Positions 1 to 7,910 are shown, counted from the first letter of the stretch. The stretch is 32,000 bases of DNA from Chloroflexota bacterium (GCA_022565015.1 JADFKI010000004.1:1-32000), one strand, 5' to 3'. A program made the numbers and translations. Notes: generated from the letters alone by a model not told the origin.

Positions 1-44
1 ACGGCGCGGAAAATCTGCGAAGGATTTCCTTCCAGCGGCGGTGA

Positions 45-120
45 TGGTGGGCGGTGGAGGGGTCGAACCTCCGACCTCTTGCGTGTGAAGCAAGCGCTCT
101 AACCACTGAGCTAACCGCCC
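45..120 (-). tRNA. tRNA-Val (anticodon CAC), 3' CCA encoded
   Basis: The reverse complement folds as a full cloverleaf: GGGCGGT-TA-GCTC/AGTGGTTA/GAGC-G-CTTGC-TTCACAC-GCAAG-AGGTC-GGAGG-TTCGACC-CCTCC-ACCGCCC-A-CCA. CAC lies at positions 34-36 of a 7-nt loop. Confidence 0.9.
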
Positions 121-192
121 CTCTTTTCCGCAGGGCTCCGACGTCGTCACGGAATCAGATGTGAAGGACCATTTCCGAGAGGCTAAGAGAAG

Positions 193-264
193 TGGCAACG
201 AGTGGGTTCGAACCACTGACCTAGCGCTTATGAAGCGCCCGCTCTGCCCCTGAGCTACGTTGCC
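193..264 (-). tRNA. tRNA with CAU anticodon (elongator Met type; Ile2/lysidine cannot be excluded), CCA not encoded
   Basis: The reverse complement reads GGCAACG-TA-GCTC/AGGGGCA/GAGC-G-GGCGC-TTCATAA-GCGCT-AGGTC-AGTGG-TTCGAAC-CCACT-CGTTGCC-A. The G1-C72 pair and the absence of three G-C pairs at the base of the anticodon stem argue against an initiator. Confidence 0.85.
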
Positions 265-283
265 GCCCGCCTTATACTCTGAA

Positions 284-312
284 ATAATATAATACGACTT
301 TGGGAGTGTCAA
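284..312 (-). promoter_or_regulatory. Candidate sigma70-type promoter for the tRNA-Met/tRNA-Val transcription unit
   Basis: The minus strand reads TTGACA (312-307), a 17-nt spacer, then TATTAT (289-284). The -10 ends about 20 nt upstream of the tRNA-Met 5' end, in an AT-rich patch. Confidence 0.45.
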
Positions 313-390
313 TTGAAATCACAGGGCGTCCGCGCCAGCAATTCGGCATGCGCGCGGATTCCATTTTGAAGTGCGATTGGAAGCAGGTGT

Positions 391-753
391 ATGAAATCCA
401 ACGATGGCGATTCCACGGACCAGACGGAAGCGGAGCTGAGGCAGGAAATCAGGCGGCTGGCACAGGCCCTCGTTCCCTTTCCCGAATTTCTCGGCCTTTC
501 CTCCGTTCAGGCAGTCGAGGTGGAGCCGGTGGCAGATGTGTCCTCAGATGTCGGATGCGTCGTGGTATGCCCGGACGGTGAGCTGCGAGAGCTCGTTCTC
601 AGACTGATTCCAGGCCCGATCGACTTCGGCGGAGTCGAGCAGAACGAGGAGATGAAGGAGCTGGAGCTGGACAGTGCGGATTACATCAAATACGCCAGGG
701 CCGCGGTGGCTGAGTTGAAAAGGATTCTGGCGGAGCGAGCCGAGAATCCCTAA
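391..753 (+). CDS. Hypothetical acidic protein (120 aa), no family recognised
   Basis: ATG-initiated ORF with genome-typical codon composition. It fills the gap between the tRNAs and the MBL gene. The RBS is weak, and its TAA stop overlaps the TAG stop of the convergent gene. Confidence 0.45.
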   Translation: MKSNDGDSTDQTEAELRQEIRRLAQALVPFPEFLGLSSVQAVEVEPVADVSSDVGCVVVCPDGELRELVLRLIPGPIDFGGVEQNEEMKELELDSADYIKYARAAVAELKRILAERAENP

Positions 754-1640
754 TGCTGCTCCCCGCTCAGGCTCTTTCCGCCAAGGATGCGCTGCGGCAT
801 GCTCTTGAGCATATCTCCCCAGGTCGGCGGCTCGGGCCTGGCGGCCAGCAGGTCTCTGAATTTGTCGGACGCCCCACCGCTCAGCGCCCGCCCGTGCCCT
901 CCGCACAGCACGTCGAACTCAAATTCGGCCAGCCTCTCCAGCGACCTCCGGTAGTCGTCGCGATTGTAGCCTGGAAAGGGGACCGACCTGCTCACGCCGC
1001 TGCCGTTGCTGAAGATGGTGTCGCCTGAGAAGAGCACACCCTCGTCCTCCAGAAGAAAGCAGACGCTGCCCGGCGTGTGTCCCGGCGTATGAATCACGCG
1101 GACCCCGCCCTGTATGGGCAGCACCTCGCCCTCCTCGATTACCTGCTTGACCGGCGCGCGTTGAAGGAATGGAATGGGCAGGCTGGTCGACCCGAATAAC
1201 CCCATGTAGGACAGGGATACTCCGTTCGCGGCGTCGCTCTTGGTGTCGTGGGCGTGGGCCAGGATACCGGCGCCCGTCAGCTTTCTGATGGGTGGAACGC
1301 CACTGGAATGGTCTGGATGGCTGTGCGTCATGAGCACGGTATCGACCTCTTCTTCGTGCCGGCCGATGGAGCGAATGTAGTCCACGATCTTCTTTACGCC
1401 CCAGGGGAGGCCCGCATCAACGAGAGTCAGCCTCTCGTCCTCGATGAGATAGACTCGCGACCATCGAGTGTTGGGTATCTGATGAACCCCTGGGACGATT
1501 TCCAAAATTTCTTGGCTCCTAAATTTCGACTGGTTAGATATCGTAGTGTTCTGGTACCCAGTTCGCGCAAGTCCGTCGGCTACAGTATTGGCAACCAGAT
1601 GGAAAAACTCCATGATAGCAAAAGGTTTATAATGGCCCAA
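750..1640 (-). CDS. MBL-fold metallo-hydrolase
   Basis: Contains the THSHPDH zinc-binding motif, later HTPGHTPG and a GD motif. The start is uncertain: ATG at 1640 or ATG at 1613 (MEFF...). Confidence 0.85.
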   Translation of the reverse strand: MGHYKPFAIMEFFHLVANTVADGLARTGYQNTTISNQSKFRSQEILEIVPGVHQIPNTRWSRVYLIEDERLTLVDAGLPWGVKKIVDYIRSIGRHEEEVDTVLMTHSHPDHSSGVPPIRKLTGAGILAHAHDTKSDAANGVSLSYMGLFGSTSLPIPFLQRAPVKQVIEEGEVLPIQGGVRVIHTPGHTPGSVCFLLEDEGVLFSGDTIFSNGSGVSRSVPFPGYNRDDYRRSLERLAEFEFDVLCGGHGRALSGGASDKFRDLLAARPEPPTWGDMLKSMPQRILGGKSLSGEQH

Positions 1641-1663
1641 AACTCAAAGAGGACGTGCAGATT

Positions 1664-2506
1664 ATGGACCTTGGAATATCGACTTTTCTCACCGATTATT
1701 CGATTGATGTAGCGGTACTGGCCGCGAAGATAGAGGAGCTGGGCTTCGATTCCCTGTGGATGCCGGAGCACGTATTTGTGCCGGCCAAGACCGAATCTCC
1801 GTGGCCGGGGTCGCCGGACGGCGTCATCCCCAGGGTATATGCGGACATTGTAGACCCTTTCGTCGCTCTTGCGCGAGCGTCCGCCGTAACGAGCAAGATT
1901 AAGCTGGCCACAGGCATATGCCTGGTCCCCGAGCGCAACCCGCTCCTGCTCGCAAAGGAGGTCGCGACGCTGGACATGTATTCCGGAGGTCGGTTCCTCT
2001 TCGGAATCGGAGCTGGCTGGCTCAAAGAAGAAACGGAGATCATGGGCGGCAACTTCTCCCGCCGATGGACCCAGACCAGGGAGTCGATACTGGCTATGAA
2101 GGAGCTCTGGACCAAGACCGAGAGCGAGCATCACGGCGAGTTTTACGACTTTCCGGCGCTATATTCGTTCCCAACGCCCGCGCAGCGACCTCATCCGCCG
2201 GTGTTGCTCGGCGGCATGGCGAAGAACGTGTTCAAGCGCGTCGTCGAGTGGGGAGACGGGTGGATGCCCAATCGCGTGGAGCCCGAAGACGTCGCGAAGG
2301 GCAGGGCAGCGCTGGACGAGCTGGCGGACGCCGCGGGCCGGGATCCGTCCAGCCTCGAGATCACGGTCTATGGCAAGCCGCCGGACCGCGAACTGCTCAA
2401 GCGCTTCGAGGAGGCCGGAGCCAACAGGGTGACGATACGGCTGGAGACCCTGCCGGAGAGCGAGGCTCTGGACGAGCTGAACAAGATAGCGGAGTCGGTG
2501 CTTTAG
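1664..2506 (+). CDS. LLM-class (luciferase-like) F420/flavin-dependent oxidoreductase
   Basis: Typical LLM N-terminus (GISTF...ELGFDSLWMPEH) and GxGxGW segment (FGIGAGWLKEE). I prefer ATG 1664 (AAGAGGA about 10 nt upstream) over the GTG at 1655 in the ORF track. Confidence 0.85.
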   Translation: MDLGISTFLTDYSIDVAVLAAKIEELGFDSLWMPEHVFVPAKTESPWPGSPDGVIPRVYADIVDPFVALARASAVTSKIKLATGICLVPERNPLLLAKEVATLDMYSGGRFLFGIGAGWLKEETEIMGGNFSRRWTQTRESILAMKELWTKTESEHHGEFYDFPALYSFPTPAQRPHPPVLLGGMAKNVFKRVVEWGDGWMPNRVEPEDVAKGRAALDELADAAGRDPSSLEITVYGKPPDRELLKRFEEAGANRVTIRLETLPESEALDELNKIAESVL

Positions 2507-2513
2507 GGAACGA

Positions 2514-2619
2514 CCCCTCTTAATCTCCCCCTTCAAAAGGGGGAGAGAGCATTGTCTGCCACTTCACAAGGGAGAGAGGGCATTATCGCCACCTTCAAAA
2601 AGGGGAGAGGGCATTTGCC
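2514..2619. repeat. Intergenic repeat block: TCTCCCCC-TTCAAAA-GGGGGAGA hairpin (2524-2546) followed by about 2.3 tandem 31-nt units (2549-2579, 2580-2610, partial 2611-2619)
   Basis: Read directly from the sequence. The units are GCATTGTCTGCCACTTCACAAGGGAGAGAGG and GCATTATCGCCACCTTCAAAAAGGGGAGAGG, followed by GCATTTGCC. Confidence 0.85.
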
Positions 2620-2673
2620 CAAGAAACGCGCCATGAAGGTGAAATCAGCCGGCCTGTTTTGGGGAGTAAAGAG

Positions 2674-3528
2674 ATGGACATTGCGAGAGAGCCCATTGAC
2701 GCGCTGAAAGCAGAGGCCAAAAGGTTTAGCGAGTACCTCGGGGCTCTCCCAGCCGAGGACTGGAGCAAACCCAGCGCTTGCGAGTCGTGGCAGGTGCGGG
2801 ATGTTGTGGCCCACCTCGTCGGAGTGGCGGAGTTTTACGCGGCAACAGTCACCAGGGGGCTGCAGGGTGAATCGTCCCCACCTGAAGGCCGTCCACCCGC
2901 AGGGTCTGCAAGTGGGGCGACCCTTCACGATAGTATTGGCGATGCCGCCATTGCCAAACGAGAAGCTCTTGGAGACAAGATCCTATCCGAGTTCGATGCC
3001 TCCAACGAAAAACTCAACGGGTTGCTGTCGAGCCTGAGCGTAGAGGATGGAGATAGACCCTGCTACCATCCAGGCGGTCTGGTTCCGGCGCGCAATTTCG
3101 TTGATCTGAGGCTAAAAGAGCTGGTGTTGCACGAGTGGGACATACGCTCAGGCCTCGATTCGGAGGCCCACCTTTGGCCCGAGGGGCTGCCGTCCATCAT
3201 GCGCTTAGCATCGAATTCGTTGGCTTCGGGGTCCGTGAGATTTGGCTTCTGGCCCGACCCCAAGTTCTCCGGTTCCGTGCGCTACCGATTTCTAGTGGAC
3301 TCGCCCGCCCCGGATAAGTCGGACATAGTTATCGAAGGCAAGGAGCCTCATCTAGAAGCCGCGGGCAGTTCGACCCCCGATGTCACATTCCGCTGCGATG
3401 CCGAAACATACGTCCTCGTGTTGTCCGGCAGGGTTAGACCTGAGGCGGCCATCGAAAACGGGAGGCTGTCTGTCGAAGGTGATTCTGAGCTCGCGACCGC
3501 ATTTGGAAGGTGGTTCCGCGGAATATAG
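2674..3528 (+). CDS. DinB/MDMPI-like (mycothiol-maleylpyruvate-isomerase N-terminal domain family) protein with SCP2-like C-terminal domain
   Basis: The N-terminus has W-x-PS-x-C-x-x-W-x-VRDVVAHL, characteristic of the MDMPI_N/TIGR03083-type family. The C-terminus is (R)LSVEGDSELATAFGRWF, as in SCP2-like ends. GGGGAG lies 7 nt upstream of ATG 2674. Confidence 0.7.
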   Translation: MDIAREPIDALKAEAKRFSEYLGALPAEDWSKPSACESWQVRDVVAHLVGVAEFYAATVTRGLQGESSPPEGRPPAGSASGATLHDSIGDAAIAKREALGDKILSEFDASNEKLNGLLSSLSVEDGDRPCYHPGGLVPARNFVDLRLKELVLHEWDIRSGLDSEAHLWPEGLPSIMRLASNSLASGSVRFGFWPDPKFSGSVRYRFLVDSPAPDKSDIVIEGKEPHLEAAGSSTPDVTFRCDAETYVLVLSGRVRPEAAIENGRLSVEGDSELATAFGRWFRGI

Positions 3529-3572
3529 GTGCTCAAGAGACCCTACAAAGGGCGAGGCCCAGATGGGTTGAA

Positions 3573-3737
3573 TTAAGATAGCCGAGTCGGTGTTTTTGCG
3601 AACTACCCCCTCTTGATCTCCCCCTTCAAAAGGGGGAGAAGGAATTGTCTACCCCTGCAAAAGTGTTACCTATGTTCCCGGTCTAAGTGTTATCTATCTG
3701 CCCGGTTGCACAGCCTGCCACTTCAAAAGGGAGACAG
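3573..3737. repeat. Second copy of the 2481-2578 block (relic of the LLM gene 3' end plus hairpin), interrupted by a ~66-nt insert carrying two 21-nt direct repeats (3661-3681, 3685-3705)
   Basis: By hand alignment, 3573-3653 matches 2481-2560 at about 84-86% identity with one indel. 3715-3737 matches 2556-2578 at 21/23 positions. Confidence 0.8.
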
Positions 3738-3780
3738 CGTTAGCCGAAGTTAATCCCCCTCGATCAAGAGGGAGGGGGCA

Positions 3781-4818
3781 CTAGCCCACGAAGCTGGGCA
3801 TTACCTTCTTCCCGAAGAGGCGCATGGACTTCTGCACGCGCGCCGTGTCCATCTCGCCGGTGTTGAACTTGAACATCACGTTGCGAATGCCCGTGTCCCG
3901 CATGGCGGCTATCTTCTCCGACGCCTGCCGAGGTGTGCCGATGATGAAGGACTCTTCGATGTCCTCGCCCGGGGGCAGCGGCTTGTTGGGGTCCAGCGGC
4001 GGAAACCCGTCGGGGTTGAAGCGCTCTCTGGCCTGGCGGAAGTGCTTGCGCTCCCTGGCGAATCCCTCCTCGGCCATCTCCCGTGCCTCGGCGTAGGTCT
4101 CCGCGACGAATAGGTCCTTGGAGGCCCAACACTGATCGAGGGTTCTATCCACATCATCGTTGCTGAATCCTGATTCCAGCATCGTCTGCCCGTATTTTTC
4201 CAGGCGATTCTTCAACGTTTCCAGGGTCTGAACGCCAATCATTATCGGCCGGCCGATCTTCGCCATTGCAATCGTCGACGCCTCGCTTATGCACGCCCTG
4301 ACGATCGGTGGATGCGGTTTCTGATATGGCCTGGGGCGCAGCCGTGGAAAGGCGACCTTCCAGTGGTCTCCCTCGAACTTGAGGTCCTCCGTGGTCCAGG
4401 CCTTCACCAGAAGGTCTTCCGCCTCCGCCAATCGCTCCGCGCCCTCCTCCATGGTGACGCCGAACCCGATGTACTCGTACTGGTTGAAGGCCGAGCCCCG
4501 GCCGGTCCCGACGATTAGCCTCCCCTTGCTGAGGTTGTCCAGGAGGGCGGTCTGCGCCGCCAGGCGAACAGGGTGGTGGAATGCCATCTCGAGAACGGCA
4601 AAGCCGATCTTGATGCGCTTCGTCAAGACCGCTATCGCCCCCGCCAACACCAGCGGGTCCGCATGCGCGGCGGCGCCGTCGAAGTGGTGTTCGGTAAGCC
4701 ATATGGAGTCGAGGCCAATGTCCTCGGCCAGCTTGATCTCTTCCAGGGTACTGTCAATTACGGCCCCATCCTTTTCGGGGTTGTGGCTCACGGGAAAGAC
4801 GAACGACCCAAACCGCAT
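3781..4818 (-). CDS. LLM-class flavin-dependent oxidoreductase (luciferase-like monooxygenase family)
   Basis: The sequence MRFGSFVFP...GLDSIWLTEHHF...GRLIVGTGRG is typical of FMN-dependent LLM proteins. Confidence 0.85.
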   Translation of the reverse strand: MRFGSFVFPVSHNPEKDGAVIDSTLEEIKLAEDIGLDSIWLTEHHFDGAAAHADPLVLAGAIAVLTKRIKIGFAVLEMAFHHPVRLAAQTALLDNLSKGRLIVGTGRGSAFNQYEYIGFGVTMEEGAERLAEAEDLLVKAWTTEDLKFEGDHWKVAFPRLRPRPYQKPHPPIVRACISEASTIAMAKIGRPIMIGVQTLETLKNRLEKYGQTMLESGFSNDDVDRTLDQCWASKDLFVAETYAEAREMAEEGFARERKHFRQARERFNPDGFPPLDPNKPLPPGEDIEESFIIGTPRQASEKIAAMRDTGIRNVMFKFNTGEMDTARVQKSMRLFGKKVMPSFVG

Positions 4819-5003
4819 CTAATCCTCCAATGACGCTACGGCGCAGACTTTGAATTGCCGCAACCAGTATATCGCAACAGGCAGCGATCCACTTGTACTG
4901 GATTCGCCAGGGGAGTACACTGGGGTCGCCGGGCATTCGAGGCCCATCTATAGCGATATAGAGCCGTCCAACCAGTGCGGCTAACGACAGACCGGAGGCT
5001 GCC

Positions 5004-6386
5004 ATGACCACTACGGCCGAGAACGAATCCCTCAGGCAGGCATCACTCAAACACCTCTGGATGCACAACCGCGACTGGGTGCAGATGGCCGAAGAGGGCG
5101 ATCCTTTGATCATGGTGGAGGGCAACGGCGTAAGGGTCACGGACTCCGACGGCAAGACCTGGATTGACGTCAACGGCGGCTACAACTCCGTCAACATCGG
5201 ATACGGCAGAACGGAGATCGCCGACGCCGCCTACGAGCAGATGATAAAGCTGCCATACTTCCCCGGCGGCACGACCACGATTCCCACGGTGAGGCTTGCC
5301 GAAAAGCTGGCCGAAATAAGCCCCGGCAGCCTTTCGCGGGTGTTCCCCGTGAGCGGCGGCTCAGAGGCCAACGAGACCGCGCTCAAGATAGTCCGGGCGT
5401 ACCACAAGAGGCGAGGCGAGCCGGGGCGGTACAAGGTCATCAGCAGGAGCGGCTCGTACCACGGCACGACGGCCGGAGTCCTCTGGCTTGGCGGCGCTCC
5501 GACGTCTGCTCGAAATGACTTCGAGCCTGCGTACCCCGGCATGTTGTACGCGCCGCAGCCCAATCCATACAGGTGCGAGCTGGGGGGCGAGACGCCCTCG
5601 GAATGCGCGGAGCTCTGTGCCAAGGCCATCGAGAAGCTCATAAACTTTCACGGCCCGGAGACCGTGGCAGCGGTCATAGCCGAGCCGATATCGCAGTCCG
5701 TTGGTGCGGGGGTGCCCGGCGACGAGTACTGGCCAATGCTGCGGGAGATATGCGACAAGCATGGCGTGCTGCTCATCGCCGATGAGGTCATATGCGGCTT
5801 TGGGCGCACCGGCAAGATGTTCGCCATGGAGCACTGGGACGTCGTCCCGGACATCATGACGGTGGCCAAGGGCATCATAAGCAGCTACCTGCCGCTGGCC
5901 GCAACCATAGTGAAGGAAGAGATCGCAGACGCCTTCGCGGGCAAGGATAACCACCTGCGTCACGTTCTCACATTCAGCGGCCACCCGGTCTCCGCCGCGG
6001 CCGCGTTGAAGAACATCGAAATCATGGAAGATGAAGGCATGGTCCAGAACGCCGCGGAGGTAGGCGCCTATTTCAAGGAGCAGCTGGAAAGCCTGAAGAT
6101 CGACCACCCGCTCGTCGGCGATGTACGCGGCATCGGCCTGCTTCTGGCAGTCGAGCTGGTAAGCGACCGGAAGACCAAGGCCGTATTCGCCAAAGAGGAC
6201 CGCGTTCCCGAGCGCCTGAACGAGAAGTTCCGTAAGCACGGCCTAATTTTCCGTATCAACAGCAACGTCCTGAGTATAGGCCCGCCCCTGTGCATCACGC
6301 GCGGCGAGGTCGACGAGATAATGCACGGCATAGACCTCTCGCTCTGGGAGTTGGAGGGCGAGATGGGCATTGCCAAGACCGCATGA
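5004..6386 (+). CDS. Class-III (omega) PLP-dependent aminotransferase, paralog 1
   Basis: Contains SGGSEANE, ADEVICGFGRTGKMFA and the Schiff-base lysine context DIMTVAKG. GGAGG lies 5 nt upstream of the ATG. Confidence 0.9.
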   Translation: MTTTAENESLRQASLKHLWMHNRDWVQMAEEGDPLIMVEGNGVRVTDSDGKTWIDVNGGYNSVNIGYGRTEIADAAYEQMIKLPYFPGGTTTIPTVRLAEKLAEISPGSLSRVFPVSGGSEANETALKIVRAYHKRRGEPGRYKVISRSGSYHGTTAGVLWLGGAPTSARNDFEPAYPGMLYAPQPNPYRCELGGETPSECAELCAKAIEKLINFHGPETVAAVIAEPISQSVGAGVPGDEYWPMLREICDKHGVLLIADEVICGFGRTGKMFAMEHWDVVPDIMTVAKGIISSYLPLAATIVKEEIADAFAGKDNHLRHVLTFSGHPVSAAAALKNIEIMEDEGMVQNAAEVGAYFKEQLESLKIDHPLVGDVRGIGLLLAVELVSDRKTKAVFAKEDRVPERLNEKFRKHGLIFRINSNVLSIGPPLCITRGEVDEIMHGIDLSLWELEGEMGIAKTA

Positions 6387-6487
6387 CAGTCGCCACGGGC
6401 GAGTCCCCCGCGACCCGTCAATGGCGGTAATCGTGCCTTTGATAGGCTATCGAGCCTCGAAGAGCAAGTGTTATCCTGGAGCTAATC

Positions 6488-7861
6488 ATGGTTGAGACGA
6501 TAGACACGCAGTCACTGCAAAAGTCGGCGCAAGAGCATCTCTGGATGCACAATCGCGACTGGGTCCAGATGGCCGAGGAGGGCGGACCGACCATCATTGT
6601 CGAGGCCGAAGGCGTTCGCGCCGTCGACTCCGACGGCAGGGTCTGGCTGGACGTCAACGGCGGCTACTGCTCGGTAAACGCGGGCTACGGCAGGACCGAG
6701 ATCGCCGAGGCCATGAGGGACCAGATGCGCCGGCTCACCTACTTCCCCCAGGGAACGACGACAGAGCCTCTCATCCGCCTGGCGGCGAAGATAGCGGAGA
6801 TTACGCCGGGCTCTCTGAATCGGATGTGGCCCGTGACGGGCGGCTCCGAGGCGAACGAAACGGCCATTAAGATCGCGAAGGCGTACCAGAAGCGGGTCGG
6901 ACAGCCGGGACGGCACAAGATAATCAGCCGCAAGGGCTCGTACCACGGCGCAACGGGCGGCGTCATGTTTCTGGGCAGCGTTACCCCGGACTATGAGCCC
7001 GCACCCGCCGGCATGGTGTACGCTCCTCAGCCGAACCCGTACCGCTGCGAGCGCGGCGGGACCACCCCTTCGGAGTGCGCCGAGCGATGCGCCAGGGCGA
7101 TCGAGGAGCTAATCCTCTTCCACGGGGCCGACACGATAGCGGCCGTAATCGCGGAGCCCGTTTCATCTTCGGGCGCAGCAGTGGTGCCCGGCGACGAGTA
7201 CTGGCCCATGTTGCGCGACATCTGCTCCAGGTACGGCGTCATTCTGATCGCCGACGAGGTCATTTGCGGGTTCGGTCGGACCGGCAAGATGTTCGCCTCC
7301 GAGCATTGGGGCGTCGTACCCGACATCATGACCATCGCCAAGGGGATAACCAGCAGCTACCTTCCGCTGGCGGCGGCCGTTGTAAGAGACGAGATCGCCG
7401 ACGTCTTCGCCGGGGAGGACAACATCTTCAAGCAGGCCCTTACCTTTGGCGGCCATCCCGTGACGGCCGCCGTCGCGCTCAAGAATATCGAAATCATCGA
7501 GCGAGAGAGCCTGGTGCAGAACTCGGCGGATGTCGGGGACTACTTCTTACAACAGCTCGAGAGCCTGAAGGAGGAGCATCCGATAATCGGAGATGTTCGC
7601 GGGATAGGGCTTCTGCTGGGGATCGAGCTGGTGAGCGACCACGAGACCAAGGACCCGTTTCCGCCTCAGCTAAACATCGGAGAGCGACTGACGCAAAAGT
7701 TCCAGGAGCGGGGCCTTATCCTGAGATGCGGGGGCAGCACCATCAACATTGGCCCGCCGCTCTGCCTGACGACATCCGACGTCGACGAAATCACAAGGGG
7801 CCTCGACGGGTCGCTCGGCGAGCTGGAAGACGAGCTCGCGGATGAATTTACAGACAAATGA
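6488..7861 (+). CDS. Class-III (omega) PLP-dependent aminotransferase, paralog 2
   Basis: Carries the same motifs (ADEVICGFGRTGKMFA, DIMTIAKG). It is collinear with paralog 1 over the full length, roughly two-thirds identical by eye. Confidence 0.9.
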   Translation: MVETIDTQSLQKSAQEHLWMHNRDWVQMAEEGGPTIIVEAEGVRAVDSDGRVWLDVNGGYCSVNAGYGRTEIAEAMRDQMRRLTYFPQGTTTEPLIRLAAKIAEITPGSLNRMWPVTGGSEANETAIKIAKAYQKRVGQPGRHKIISRKGSYHGATGGVMFLGSVTPDYEPAPAGMVYAPQPNPYRCERGGTTPSECAERCARAIEELILFHGADTIAAVIAEPVSSSGAAVVPGDEYWPMLRDICSRYGVILIADEVICGFGRTGKMFASEHWGVVPDIMTIAKGITSSYLPLAAAVVRDEIADVFAGEDNIFKQALTFGGHPVTAAVALKNIEIIERESLVQNSADVGDYFLQQLESLKEEHPIIGDVRGIGLLLGIELVSDHETKDPFPPQLNIGERLTQKFQERGLILRCGGSTINIGPPLCLTTSDVDEITRGLDGSLGELEDELADEFTDK

Positions 7862-7910
7862 TTATTAATTAGGTACCGGCGCACATACGCCGGGCTACGG
7901 AGACTGAATA

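Noticed and set aside
1-44. A possible weak terminator hairpin (GAAGG-AAAT-CCTTC) downstream of tRNA-Val, and any gene fragment at the left edge.
   Set aside because: The stem is only 5 bp with a poor U-tract. There is too little sequence at the window edge to support a call.
193-264. Initiator tRNA-fMet identity for the CAU tRNA.
   Set aside because: It has a paired 1-72 position (G-C). It also lacks the three consecutive G-C pairs at the base of the anticodon stem that mark bacterial initiators.
1918-2523. Long alternative-frame and antisense ORFs overlapping well-supported genes. Examples: 1918-2523(+), 4154-4702(-), 5361-6239(-), 7075-7845(+), 13336-14064(+), 15909-16601(+), 17246-17860(+), 22295-23407(+).
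   Set aside because: These are typical high-GC shadow ORFs. Their translations are Arg/Gly/Pro/Ala-rich low-complexity strings with no motifs. Each lies entirely inside a CDS with clear family signatures on another frame or strand.
2549-2619. A possible mini CRISPR array, considered because of the regularly spaced ~31-nt repeats.
   Set aside because: The units are directly abutting with no spacers, are only about 75% identical, and number just 2.3 copies. There are no cas genes in the window. It is a tandem repeat, not a CRISPR.
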